Shown here: positions 41,666 to 50,832 of the stretch, piece after piece
How positions within the stretch are numbered: the stretch's first letter is position 1
Layout of the letters: each line of letters opens with the position of its first letter
NCBI GenBank assembly: GCA_965222375.1
Contig: CBDCTZ010000014.1
Coordinates: 672,001 to 736,000 of the forward strand
Source: Polyangiaceae bacterium
GTDB taxonomy: Bacteria; Myxococcota_A; Polyangia; Polyangiales; Polyangiaceae
Direction of reading: 5' to 3'
Length of the DNA stretch: 64,000 bases
Notes under the pieces: model-generated
Told to the model about the DNA's origin: nothing
Databases searched by the model: none
Seen by the model: only the letters and a program-made list of their open reading frames with translations
Program-made: the position numbers and the translations under genes

Positions 41666-42142
41666 TCGACGACGCCGTCGGCGCTGCATGTGGCGTCGGA
41701 TGTCCTTTTGCATCTTCTTGACCGCCACCATCAGTTTGGCCTGCTGCTTCGGCGTCAACACCTTGGCCAACGCATCGAACTCTTTGTCGCGCAAGGCTCG
41801 CAGCTTCCTCTCGCCGTCCCGAGCACCCTTGATGGCACGGGCGTAGGCCTGTTGATCGCCACTGTCGGCGGATAGCAACGCCATCACGGTTCGGCGATGC
41901 TGCTTGGTTTGTTTCTTGAGGGTGCGACGCTGTTTGGCATGTTGATCGAGGATCTTCTCGACTTGCGCCGTTTTGGCTTCGTCCAGGCCGACTTTCTGCC
42001 GTAGCAGGCGTGCCCGCGCCTGCTCGAGGCGTTTGGCCACCCGCGCACTGCGCTGCTTGGGTTGTGCTTCAGCGGGGGGCGCTGCCGTCAGGATCAGCCC
42101 CGCGCTCAGCGCCGCGGGCAACAGGAATTTCAGAACTTTCAT
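41654..42142 (-). CDS. Spy/CpxP-like periplasmic protein
   Basis: Signal AEA-Q; VGLDEAK and LTPKQQAK motifs; helical and basic. Confidence 0.78.
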   Translation of the reverse strand: MKVLKFLLPAALSAGLILTAAPPAEAQPKQRSARVAKRLEQARARLLRQKVGLDEAKTAQVEKILDQHAKQRRTLKKQTKQHRRTVMALLSADSGDQQAYARAIKGARDGERKLRALRDKEFDALAKVLTPKQQAKLMVAVKKMQKDIRRHMQRRRRRRPRR

Positions 42143-42615
42143 CCGTCTTCCTCCATCCAGGAATCCAAAGCGGCCAAGAGATCCTCGCTGTCGGCTTCGG
42201 CCTCGATGCTCGCTCCAGACCAAAGGTCATCCGAGTCTCCCCAAGCCACGGCTTCGAGCCCTGCCATCTCCTCTTCGGACTCGTCGTCCAGCACATCCGG
42301 GTCCTGCACCGCGGGCGCCGGCTCTGCGGTCGCCGGGTTTGCGGCTACGGGAGCTTGGGTCGTGGCGGCGACCACAGTGGCAGAGGTGCCCATTGGGGCA
42401 GCCACTTCGGGCGTGGCCCTCAGCAAGAAGGCTGCGGCTGCTGCGCCCGTCACCAGCGCGAAGGTGGGGGCCGCGAAGCGTGCCCACCAGCTGCGCCGGG
42501 CGGTGAGAGGAATGTCCCGTGCTCGCGCCTTGAGCTTGGTCAACACCGGACCGCTGGCTTCGGCGGCTGTCGAGTCGAACAGTGCGCGTACGTCTTCGTC
42601 GTGTTCAGGGTTCAT
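42139..42615 (-). CDS. Putative anti-sigma factor (single TM)
   Basis: Coupled downstream of ECF; LTKLKARAR, TM helix, acidic tail. Confidence 0.65.
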   Translation of the reverse strand: MNPEHDEDVRALFDSTAAEASGPVLTKLKARARDIPLTARRSWWARFAAPTFALVTGAAAAAFLLRATPEVAAPMGTSATVVAATTQAPVAANPATAEPAPAVQDPDVLDDESEEEMAGLEAVAWGDSDDLWSGASIEAEADSEDLLAALDSWMEEDG

Positions 42616-43250
42616 GTCGTCTCCGAGGGCATCTCGACCCAATCTGATAGGGCTTCGCGCAGCTGCTTGATGGCCATATGCACCAGCACGCGAGCCGAGC
42701 CTTCACTGGTGTCCAGCGCTGACGCGATCTCTGCGTAGCTGAGCCCGCCGTCCAGGCGCAGCAGGGCGGCCGCCCGACGCTTCTCGGGCAGCTGTTCCAA
42801 AACCTCTCGAATGCGGCCCGCGGTCTGCTTCGCCCGAGAAACCGATGCGGGTCCCGCGAGCTTCTCGGGCAAGTCCGCGGCCTCTTCTCTTTTCTGCCGC
42901 CGGCGCTCGCTGCGCAGCAGCGTCTGCGCCTTGCGCATCGCGCAGGCCGCGAGAAAACTCTTGAGTGAGGTGCCTGGCTCGTAGCGGTTGAGCTTGCGGT
43001 ACGCGACTGTCAGCGCCTCCTGCACGGCGTCCTCGGCCAGGGCTGGGTTGCCGCATGCCCGCATCGCGACGCGGTACAGCATCGCCAGATGAGGCTCGAC
43101 CAAGCTCTGAAACGCCTGGCCATCCCCGGCCAGGGCGCGCTTGATCAACTCATGCTCTACGGACATGGCGCTCGGCTGGGGAGATTCGGCCGTGGCCGCA
43201 GCGGATGCAAATAGCGCGGGGAAGGACAGGGAGTGCATCTCAGCAAGCAA
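42612..43250 (-). CDS. ECF RNA polymerase sigma factor (start may be 43166)
   Basis: GDGQAFQSLV, AEDAVQEA, LPEKRRAA...GLSYAEIA. Confidence 0.92.
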   Translation of the reverse strand: MLAEMHSLSFPALFASAAATAESPQPSAMSVEHELIKRALAGDGQAFQSLVEPHLAMLYRVAMRACGNPALAEDAVQEALTVAYRKLNRYEPGTSLKSFLAACAMRKAQTLLRSERRRQKREEAADLPEKLAGPASVSRAKQTAGRIREVLEQLPEKRRAAALLRLDGGLSYAEIASALDTSEGSARVLVHMAIKQLREALSDWVEMPSETT

Positions 43251-43315
43251 ATGCCGAAGCCACCCCGAGTGTTAAATCTCTGTCCAAAATACCAATAAAT
43301 TCAAGCAGTTACGCG

Positions 43316-44116
43316 CTAGCGACCCTTGTAGTCGGGGGGGCGCTTCTCCAGGAATGCCGCCATCGCCTCGCCGAGATCTTCCGAGGACAGGAAGGCGGAA
43401 TTGTACGCAGCCACGTAGTCCAGGCCGTCCTGGACTCGCCGGGAGCGCCCGAAGTCGAGCACCCGCTTCACGCCACGCACGGTGAGCGGCGCGTTGGCCG
43501 CGATCTCCTTGGCCATCTGCGACGCGGCCTCATGGGTTGCGCCGACGTCGGGATGCACGGCGTTGACGAGTCCCATGCTCAGGGCTCGCTGTGCGTCGAC
43601 GTCCTTGCCCGTGAAGGCCAACTCTCGGGTCAACCCGTCGCCAATGATCCCAGGTAGCCTCTGCAAGCTTCCAAGATCGGCCACGATCGCAATCTTGGTC
43701 TCACGCAGGGAGATCAGCGTGTCAGCGGACGCCAACCGAATGTCGCAAGCTGCAGCTAGGTCCAGGCCACCACCGATACACCAGCCGTGCAGTGCCACCA
43801 CGGTCGGTACCGGGCAATCCGCGACGGCGTCTAGTTCTGCCTGCAGCTGCTTGATGGTGGTCAGCAGCTGCATACGGGTGGCAGCTCCCCCGCCCGCGAA
43901 GGCCTCGCCGAGCTCCGATGCAGCTGCCGGCAGATCCAAGCCAAAACTGAAGCACTTGACCGCGGAGCGGATCACAACCGCTCGGAGCTCTGGCTCCGTC
44001 GCCAGCTTTCGAAAGGTCCCGCCCAACTCGCGGAAGAAAAGCGGGCGCATGGTTTTCTCTTGAAGCACGACATGGGCAATCTGGCCGTCGCGCTCGAGGT
44101 TGATCGTTTCGGTCAT
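43316..44116 (-). CDS. Enoyl-CoA hydratase/dienoyl-CoA isomerase family
   Basis: FSFGLDL, HGWCIGGGLDL, ETKIAIVADLGSLQRL, FLEKRPP. Confidence 0.92.
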   Translation of the reverse strand: MTETINLERDGQIAHVVLQEKTMRPLFFRELGGTFRKLATEPELRAVVIRSAVKCFSFGLDLPAAASELGEAFAGGGAATRMQLLTTIKQLQAELDAVADCPVPTVVALHGWCIGGGLDLAAACDIRLASADTLISLRETKIAIVADLGSLQRLPGIIGDGLTRELAFTGKDVDAQRALSMGLVNAVHPDVGATHEAASQMAKEIAANAPLTVRGVKRVLDFGRSRRVQDGLDYVAAYNSAFLSSEDLGEAMAAFLEKRPPDYKGR

Positions 44117-44265
44117 CCGGAGGAGGTAGCACCACCCGCAGGCTCCGAAAAGCGCAGCCCCTCTCCCACATGATTCAGCGCATCCGGCGTGGGCGGTCTT
44201 GGGGCGCCCAAACGCAACTCCCGGAAGGACATGTGTATGATGCTCTGTGCCTGCGGGGCGCGCTC

Positions 44266-45495
44266 ATGACAGCAACGGATCTCCTCATCGTCGGCGCAGG
44301 GACGGCGGGCAGCGCCCTAGCGGGGTTTGCGGCGCAGGCCGGGCTGTCGGTTACGTGCTTGGAGCGCCGCGCCCTCCATCGAGCCGGGGCGCGCTGGGTC
44401 AATGGTGTGCTGGCTCGGCAGTTCTCGGAAGCTGGCGTGGCGCAGCCCACTGGTGCGGAGCTTCGGGGCGACGGCCACACCTTCCATCTCGTCGCGGGGT
44501 ACGGCCCCCGAAAAATCAGCATCCATGACCACGAGGTCGCGGACGTGGACATGCGTCTGCTCGTCGAGCGGCTCCAGAAGGTGGCGCTCGAGGCCGGCGC
44601 GCGCTTTGACGAAGGCGTGCACGTGCAGAGCTGGGACGGCTCGACCCTGCACACTTCGAAGGGAGCGTATTCCGCGCGCTACGTCGTGGACGCTTCTGGC
44701 GTTGCTGGTCTGGGTTTGTTGGGCCGGGAGCGTCCCGAGCCGGGTGACCTATGTGTTGCAGCCCAAGAGGTCAGAGAAGTGAAGGATGAGGTCCGCGCCC
44801 GCGAGTACTTCGAGCAACAGGGTGCGGCGCCGGGCGAAACCCTGTGCTTCTCTGGCATCGCAGGTGGTTTCTCCATTCTCAATCTGCGGCTCGATGGCGA
44901 AGGTGTCAGCCTGCTTGCGGGTAGCATCCCCGGCAGCGGACACCCGACGGGTCAGGCGTTGATCGACGATCTCGCGCGAAAGGAGCCGTGGATTGGTCCG
45001 AAGATCTTTGGCGGAGCACGTGCGATCCCCCTGTGGCGACCGCGGGTTCAGTTGACCCAGGGGCGCCTAGCGCTCTTGGGCGACAGTGCGGGGCAGGTGT
45101 TTGCGGCTCACGGCTCCGGGATTGGAGCCGGCATGGTCGCGGCGCGAGTGCTGGCCAGCACGCTGGCGAAGGCCCCCGCCGATTTGGGGGCGTACGCGAA
45201 AACTTGGTACCGGCGCTATGGTGGACCGGTGCTCGCTGCGGATCTATTGCGCAGGTTCTCGGAGACGCTGACGGTGCAAGACATCGAGACCCTGATGGAC
45301 AGCGGCGTCATGAACGAGGCCAGCGCACGAGCGACTCTGGAACAGCGTCTGCCGAACTTCCGCGATTCTCGACGTCAACGCCTAGGCCTCCGTGCCATCG
45401 CGACCCACCCGCGCCTCTTTGCCCGCGCGGGCAGCATGTTGAGCAAAGTCCCGCTCTGCATGCTCGCAGCGCGCGCCTATCCCACGGGGTTTTGA
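44266..45495 (+). CDS. FAD-dependent oxidoreductase (geranylgeranyl reductase-like)
   Basis: IVGAGTAG, VVDASG, LLGDSAG...GSGIGAGM. Confidence 0.82.
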   Translation: MTATDLLIVGAGTAGSALAGFAAQAGLSVTCLERRALHRAGARWVNGVLARQFSEAGVAQPTGAELRGDGHTFHLVAGYGPRKISIHDHEVADVDMRLLVERLQKVALEAGARFDEGVHVQSWDGSTLHTSKGAYSARYVVDASGVAGLGLLGRERPEPGDLCVAAQEVREVKDEVRAREYFEQQGAAPGETLCFSGIAGGFSILNLRLDGEGVSLLAGSIPGSGHPTGQALIDDLARKEPWIGPKIFGGARAIPLWRPRVQLTQGRLALLGDSAGQVFAAHGSGIGAGMVAARVLASTLAKAPADLGAYAKTWYRRYGGPVLAADLLRRFSETLTVQDIETLMDSGVMNEASARATLEQRLPNFRDSRRQRLGLRAIATHPRLFARAGSMLSKVPLCMLAARAYPTGF

Positions 45496-45580
45496 AGCCA
45501 GCTGCGGGCATTGGCGCAGCGAAGTAGCGGTCGACCGCAGGGGAGAGTCCACGCGGCGGTGGCTTGGGGAGCCAGGGCAG

Positions 45581-45631
45581 CTCTGTTGCAGACCAAACCC
45601 TCCCCTTGATTTGTTTTGGATGGCAACAGAG
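45581..45631. other. Intergenic stem-loop
   Basis: CTCTGTTGC/GCAACAGAG 9-bp stem plus inner CCAAAC/GTTTTGG pairing. Confidence 0.55.
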
Positions 45632-45657
45632 CTGTGCTTTCGCCTGTCGGGCGCGGC

Positions 45658-45856
45658 GCGAGCGCTCTCGCCTGCGGGGGCGCTCGTCTTCGATTACGAG
45701 CCCTTCGGAGATCTCGATGGCGAGCGCTCTCGCCTGCGGGGGCGCGCGTCTTCGATTACGAGCCCTTCGGGGATCTCGATCGCGAGCGCGCGCGTCTTCG
45801 ATTACGAGCCCTTCGGGGATCTCGATCGCGAGCGCTCTCGCCTGTGGGGGCGCGCG
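45658..45856. repeat. Tandem 62-bp palindromic (REP/BIME-like) repeats, about 3.5 copies
   Basis: Units start 45658, 45720, 45782 (16-bp deletion) and 45828 (partial); GCGAG-CGCT-CTCGC and CGAG-CCC-TTCG-GGG-AT-CTCG hairpins. Confidence 0.85.
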
Positions 45857-45911
45857 CCTGCGCTCGTCCGGAGGTAGCGCGCCTCGGACTGGGGCCTGCT
45901 AAGACGCGGCC

Positions 45912-46664
45912 ATGAGTTCGAAACAAACGGTATCGCTTACGGGCAAGGTGGCTCTGGTCACGGGGGCTTCGGCGGGGATCGGGCAGGCGACTGCGCTTCG
46001 GCTTGCGGACTGTGGCATGCGTGTCGCTGTCTGCGCCCGCAGGTTGGAGCGGCTCGAAGCGCTGAAGTCCGGTTCGGGAGAGTTGCTGCCGATCCAGGCG
46101 GACTTCCGCAAAGAGGACGACATTCTTCGGGTCTTCACGGAAGTGCGAAAAGCTTGGGGTGGCGTGGACGTGCTCGTGAACAATGCTGGCTTGGGACACA
46201 TGGCTCCGCTGCTCAGTGGCGCGACGGAACAGTGGCGGGACACCTTGGAAGTGAATGTGCTCGCGCTTTCGATCTGCACTCGGGAGGCCGTGTCGGATAT
46301 GCGCCGGCGTGGCGATGACGGGCATGTGGTGCACATCTCGAGCATGGCGTCGCACCGAGTGCCGCCCGGAAGCGGGATGTACTCGGCGTCGAAGTATGCC
46401 GTGCGCGCTTTGACCGAGGCTCTGCGTCAGGAACTGCGCGAGGCGAAGAGCAAAATCCGCGTCAGCGCGGTGAGCCCGGGCTTCGTCGAGACCGAGTTCG
46501 CCGAGCACTATCACGCTGACCCCGCCGCAGCAGAGCGAACCTACGGTCGTTTCAAGGTGCTCGAGTCCGAAGACATCGCTTGGTTGGTGCAAACCTTGAT
46601 ATCGGCTCCGCCCCACGTGCAGATCCACGATGTGCTGGTGCGGCCGAGGGATCAGGTCAGCTAG
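45912..46664 (+). CDS. SDR oxidoreductase (DHRS11-like)
   Basis: VTGASAGIG, NNAG, YSASKYAV, SPGFVETEF. Confidence 0.92.
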   Translation: MSSKQTVSLTGKVALVTGASAGIGQATALRLADCGMRVAVCARRLERLEALKSGSGELLPIQADFRKEDDILRVFTEVRKAWGGVDVLVNNAGLGHMAPLLSGATEQWRDTLEVNVLALSICTREAVSDMRRRGDDGHVVHISSMASHRVPPGSGMYSASKYAVRALTEALRQELREAKSKIRVSAVSPGFVETEFAEHYHADPAAAERTYGRFKVLESEDIAWLVQTLISAPPHVQIHDVLVRPRDQVS

Positions 46665-47262
46665 CGCAGTACCGTTTCAGGAACTGAGCGATGCTCTCCT
46701 CCATGGCGTCGTCCACGTCATCTTGGGTCTGCCCTCGGGCCTTCAGGGCCCGCTTGCCGACGGCCAAGGAGTGATTGCCCCCGTCGATCAGGTACAGCTC
46801 CGATGCTGCGCTCATTTCGCGGCGCACCTCTTCGAGCTCTGGGACCGGGCACAGGGTGTCGCGGTCGCCCTGAATGAATAGGATCGGAACGGACAGGTCG
46901 CGCAGCACTTGGTCGCGCCGCTTTCTCGTCTTGCCCATTCCGACCAAGGGGTAGCCGAAACAGATCAGGGCTCGAACCTGCTCTGGGATCTCGGTCGCCA
47001 CGTGGCAGCCCACTCGCCCGCCCATGCTCTTACCGGCCAAGACGAGGGGAGCCGCCTTCGGCTTGGCTGCGTCGATGGCCTGCTTGTGCGCTTCGATGAG
47101 TTTCGGCAGCAGATCGGGTCGGCGTTTCCCCGCAGCCATGTAGGGATAGTCGAAGGCGTGCACCTTCCCGTGGCGCCCGAGGCGCTGAGCCCATCGGGCC
47201 ATCCACTCGGATGAACTCGGCGCTCCAGCGCCGTGAGCGAAAACGATGCGCGGCTTCGGCAC
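46657..47262 (-). CDS. Alpha/beta hydrolase (KANL3/Tex30-like)
   Basis: AHGAGA, GKSMGGR, GYPL, QGDRD, GGNHSL. Confidence 0.88.
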   Translation of the reverse strand: MPKPRIVFAHGAGAPSSSEWMARWAQRLGRHGKVHAFDYPYMAAGKRRPDLLPKLIEAHKQAIDAAKPKAAPLVLAGKSMGGRVGCHVATEIPEQVRALICFGYPLVGMGKTRKRRDQVLRDLSVPILFIQGDRDTLCPVPELEEVRREMSAASELYLIDGGNHSLAVGKRALKARGQTQDDVDDAMEESIAQFLKRYCAS

Positions 47263-47336
47263 GGCCCATCTTTTCCTCTGACCGCTTTGTTGTCGAGCCC
47301 GGAAGGAGATTGGCCCCCAGAGCGTTTTTAGCCTAG

Positions 47337-48764
47337 TTGATGCTTGCCACCTTGCGCATGGCCATGACGACTTCGGCCGAAAGACTCAAACCCACGCCTC
47401 TCGAACGGACCCGCTACCTCACCGAAGCGCGGGCTCTGGTGCGTCTGGCGCTGCCCCTGGCCGTGGCTCATTTGGGGCAGATGCTGCTGGGCGCCGTCGA
47501 CACGGCGGTGGTGGGGCGGACCACGGAGCTGGCCCTGGGTGCTGCCGGCTTGGGCAATTCGATCTTTTTCACGATCACGGTGTTGGGCATGGGCGTGATG
47601 CTTGGCCTCGACCCGCTGGTGGCCCAAGCCGTTGGGGCCGAGGATCACGATCGCGCACGGCGCTCGCTGACCCAAGGCGTCTGGCTCGCGCTCATGGTTG
47701 GCGTCCCTCTGATGGCGGGCGTGGTCGGGCTGGCCGGTTACATGGAAGCCTTCGGCATCGAGGAGCGCTCGGCGGTGCTGGTGCGAGCGTACGTCTACGC
47801 TCGCGTGCCGAGTTTGATTCCCTTTTTGATCTTCGTGGCGCTGCGCAGCTACCTGCAGGCGACCGGGGTGACCCGGCCCGTGTTGGCATCGGCGTTCATC
47901 GCCAACATCGTCAACGTTCCTTTGTCGATCTTCTTGGTCTTTGGCGACTCGGCTCTCGAGGGCATGGGGCTCTCGGGCATCGGTCTGCCGGCGCTTGGAG
48001 TTGCAGGTGCGGCCTGGGCGAGCACGGGCTGCACCCTGGTGCAGATGCTGGTGCTCGCCGAGTCGATGCGTCGTGGCAGTTCGCGGCTCCGGCTTGCGGA
48101 CTGGGCCTTCGACTCCCGCATCATGCGCACCGCGCTCGTCATTGGCGCGCCGATCGGGCTTCAGCTCTTGGCAGAGTTCGGCGTGTTTGCCCTGGTCAAC
48201 TTCGCGATGGGCAACCTGGATGCCCGCTCCTTGGCGGCGCACCAGGTCGCGATCACCTTGGCCAGCGCCACCTTCATGATTCCAGTGGGCATCGGTGCGG
48301 CCACCAGCGTGCGGGTCGGGCAAGCCGTGGGCAGGAAGGACCAGGCGGGAACTCGACGTGCGGGCTGGACCGGCCTGGCCCTCGGGGTGGGGTTCATGTT
48401 GTTTTCCGCCACGCTATTTCTGACCTTGCCTCGCCTATTGGCGAGGCTGGTCACTACGGATGCTCTCGTGGTGGAAGCGGCAGTGTCGCTCTTGGCGGTG
48501 GCCGCGGTGTTTCAGGTTTCTGATGGGGCCCAAGCCGTGTTGGCGGGGGCGCTTCGAGGAGCCGGAGACACGCGGTTCACGCTGATCGCGAACGTGGGTG
48601 GGCACTACTTGATCGGCGTGCCCTTGGGGCTCGTGCTCACCTTCGTGCTCTTCCTCGGGGCCACCGGCTTGTGGTGGGGTCTGTCCGCAGGGCTTTCCGC
48701 GGTGGCGGCGTTGTTGGTGTGGCGCTTCGTCCGCGTGACGCGTGGAGCCATCGACCAAGTGTGA
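47337..48764 (+). CDS. MATE efflux transporter (NorM-like)
   Basis: LALP...VDTAVVG, AAHQVA, SVRVGQAVG, GALRGAGDT; about 12 TM helices. Confidence 0.93.
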   Translation: MMLATLRMAMTTSAERLKPTPLERTRYLTEARALVRLALPLAVAHLGQMLLGAVDTAVVGRTTELALGAAGLGNSIFFTITVLGMGVMLGLDPLVAQAVGAEDHDRARRSLTQGVWLALMVGVPLMAGVVGLAGYMEAFGIEERSAVLVRAYVYARVPSLIPFLIFVALRSYLQATGVTRPVLASAFIANIVNVPLSIFLVFGDSALEGMGLSGIGLPALGVAGAAWASTGCTLVQMLVLAESMRRGSSRLRLADWAFDSRIMRTALVIGAPIGLQLLAEFGVFALVNFAMGNLDARSLAAHQVAITLASATFMIPVGIGAATSVRVGQAVGRKDQAGTRRAGWTGLALGVGFMLFSATLFLTLPRLLARLVTTDALVVEAAVSLLAVAAVFQVSDGAQAVLAGALRGAGDTRFTLIANVGGHYLIGVPLGLVLTFVLFLGATGLWWGLSAGLSAVAALLVWRFVRVTRGAIDQV

Positions 48765-48767
48765 GCG

Positions 48768-49613
48768 TCAGGCGCTATCGAGCAGTTCCAAGCGTTGCCC
48801 GACTTCGATCTGCTCCCGCAACGCAGCGATCATTTCAGGTGAATGGCGCACAAAGCGCTCCACGCCAAGCACGTGCATCAGCGCTTCCTTGCACTCGTCG
48901 CTTTCGCCGACTTCCTGCAGTGCTCGAACCAGCTGTGCCCGGAGGACTGCCGACAGGCTGCGCGCCGCCACGATGAGATCCGAGGGAATGGGGCTGGTCG
49001 CCAACAAGATGCGCGCCCGCGCTTCGGAACTCTCGGGGAAGGGGGAACGCGTCAAGGTGCCCGTGGGGTTTCCATTTTCGAATACGGCGTAACCTGCGCC
49101 AACGTCGGCTTGCCCCGAGAGCACGGCTTCTGCGACCCGGCCGTGAGAGCCGTGGAAGCTCTCCTTCGTGAATAGCGTGCGAGGGTCCATGCCGTAGCTG
49201 GCCAAGGCCAAGCGCGGAAAGATGTATCCCGCCGCGCTCGAAGGCGCGACCCAAGCGGCGCGGGTTCCGGAAAGCTCCGCGGGGCTGCGCAATTCCGAGT
49301 CGGCTTTGACGTACAGGCAGCCATGGTAGGCCGTGAGCCCCTGGCGAACCGAGCTCACCAAGGCAATGGCGCTACTCAAGTCCGCCGAGGTCAAGAGCAA
49401 AGTGGGAGAGACCCAGGCCACCGTGACCCGCCCAGCTCGGAACGCGCTGGCGAGGGCCGCGGGAGACGGCGAGCGATGCGGTTTGACCTCCGCACCGACC
49501 CGCTCGGATAGCGCCTCGCACAGATCCGACAGATGCAGGCGGGTAGCAGAGTCGTCCAAATCTGGAACGCAGCCGAACACCAGCTGAGCCCCCCGTAGGC
49601 GCATTTCCGTCAC
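48768..49613 (-). CDS. PhnD-like phosphate/phosphonate-binding domain protein
   Basis: YHGCLYV, SSAAGYIFP, GSHGRVAEAVLSGQADVG, PIPSD; no signal peptide seen. Confidence 0.78.
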   Translation of the reverse strand: MTEMRLRGAQLVFGCVPDLDDSATRLHLSDLCEALSERVGAEVKPHRSPSPAALASAFRAGRVTVAWVSPTLLLTSADLSSAIALVSSVRQGLTAYHGCLYVKADSELRSPAELSGTRAAWVAPSSAAGYIFPRLALASYGMDPRTLFTKESFHGSHGRVAEAVLSGQADVGAGYAVFENGNPTGTLTRSPFPESSEARARILLATSPIPSDLIVAARSLSAVLRAQLVRALQEVGESDECKEALMHVLGVERFVRHSPEMIAALREQIEVGQRLELLDSA

Positions 49614-49722
49614 AGTTTCACATTGTCACAGATGCCCGGTCGCGCGCAAACCAAGGGCGACCGATGTCATGCCCTGGGCGATGACGGGTAGAAGCGCTGC
49701 CGAACTGTTTCGGCCCCAGGGA

Positions 49723-50832
49723 TCAATCTGGCTGATAGGGGAAGCCTTCGATCGGGCCGAGTTCGAGCCGGTCGCGCTGGAAAGTCGGCGGGCTCTGTAT
49801 GTACAAGGCAAGCAGCTCCGCCATGGCAGAGAGTGCATCGATGTGGGTGCGTTCGTAGCCGTGGGAGCAATCAGCGCCGAAGGCGACCAGCGCAAAACGC
49901 AAGTCGTTGCCAGCTTCCACCGCTGAGGCGGCGTCACAGCGGTAGTACCTGAAGACGTCGCGCTGATGCTCGACGCCGAAATCGTGGCACAGCTTCAGCA
50001 TCTTGTGGGTCAAGTGGTAGTCGAAGGGGCCACTCGAGTCTCCCATTCCGATGGTGACACCTCGCTCTCGTGAGTTCTGTCCTGGTGCTGGGGTCGCGTT
50101 GTCGACAGCGACCATTTCCGCGACGTCCCCGTGCAAGATGGCGGACGCTCCCGTACCCACTTCCTCGGAGATCGTGAACAGGAAATAGCAATCGACCGGA
50201 ATTGAAGCTTCGGAGTCGATGACGGCCTTGATTGCTGCAAGCGTGGCGGCGACGCCGGCCTTGTCGTCCAGGTGGCGGGAGTTGATGAAGCCGTCGTTGA
50301 ACTCGGGCTGAGGATCGACGGCAATGAAGTCGCCGATGGCGTAGCCAAGCGCCGCTAGTTCGTCAGCTGTGGTGCAGAAGTCATCGGTCCGCACTTCGAC
50401 GTTGTCCCAAGCGACGGGCTGGGTGTCGATCTCTTCGTTGAAAGTATGTCCCGAGGCCTTCAGGGGCAGGATGGTGCCGCGCTTGGAGCCATGGTTGTCC
50501 GTGAAGATCGTGACTCGGGCGCCCTCCGCGAATCGGCTCGACCAGTGGCCAATGGGAACGACTTCCAGGCGCCCATTGGGTTTGAGGTTTTTCACCATGG
50601 CACCGAGGGTGTCCAAGTGTGAAACGACCGCGCGGGCGGGAAGCCGTTTCTTGCCGGCGAGGCGGGCGCGCATGGCGCCACGACGCGTCAGTTCGAATTT
50701 GACACCGAGGCGTTGCAACTCTTCACCCATGTGATGAACGACGCGGTCCGTGTATCCGCTGGGGCTGGGGATCGCGAGCAGCGCGAAGAGAGTGTCGATC
50801 AGATAGTCGGTGTCGATTTGCAGACGCTTCAT
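49723..50832 (-). CDS. M42 family peptidase of the NAGGN system
   Basis: SHLDTLG, RHLDDKAG, ISEEVG, SHGYER; operon context. Confidence 0.9.
   Translation of the reverse strand: MKRLQIDTDYLIDTLFALLAIPSPSGYTDRVVHHMGEELQRLGVKFELTRRGAMRARLAGKKRLPARAVVSHLDTLGAMVKNLKPNGRLEVVPIGHWSSRFAEGARVTIFTDNHGSKRGTILPLKASGHTFNEEIDTQPVAWDNVEVRTDDFCTTADELAALGYAIGDFIAVDPQPEFNDGFINSRHLDDKAGVAATLAAIKAVIDSEASIPVDCYFLFTISEEVGTGASAILHGDVAEMVAVDNATPAPGQNSRERGVTIGMGDSSGPFDYHLTHKMLKLCHDFGVEHQRDVFRYYRCDAASAVEAGNDLRFALVAFGADCSHGYERTHIDALSAMAELLALYIQSPPTFQRDRLELGPIEGFPYQPD

Noticed and set aside
45658..45856. Possible CRISPR array
   Set aside because: Contiguous tandem units with no unique spacers, and no cas genes in the window.
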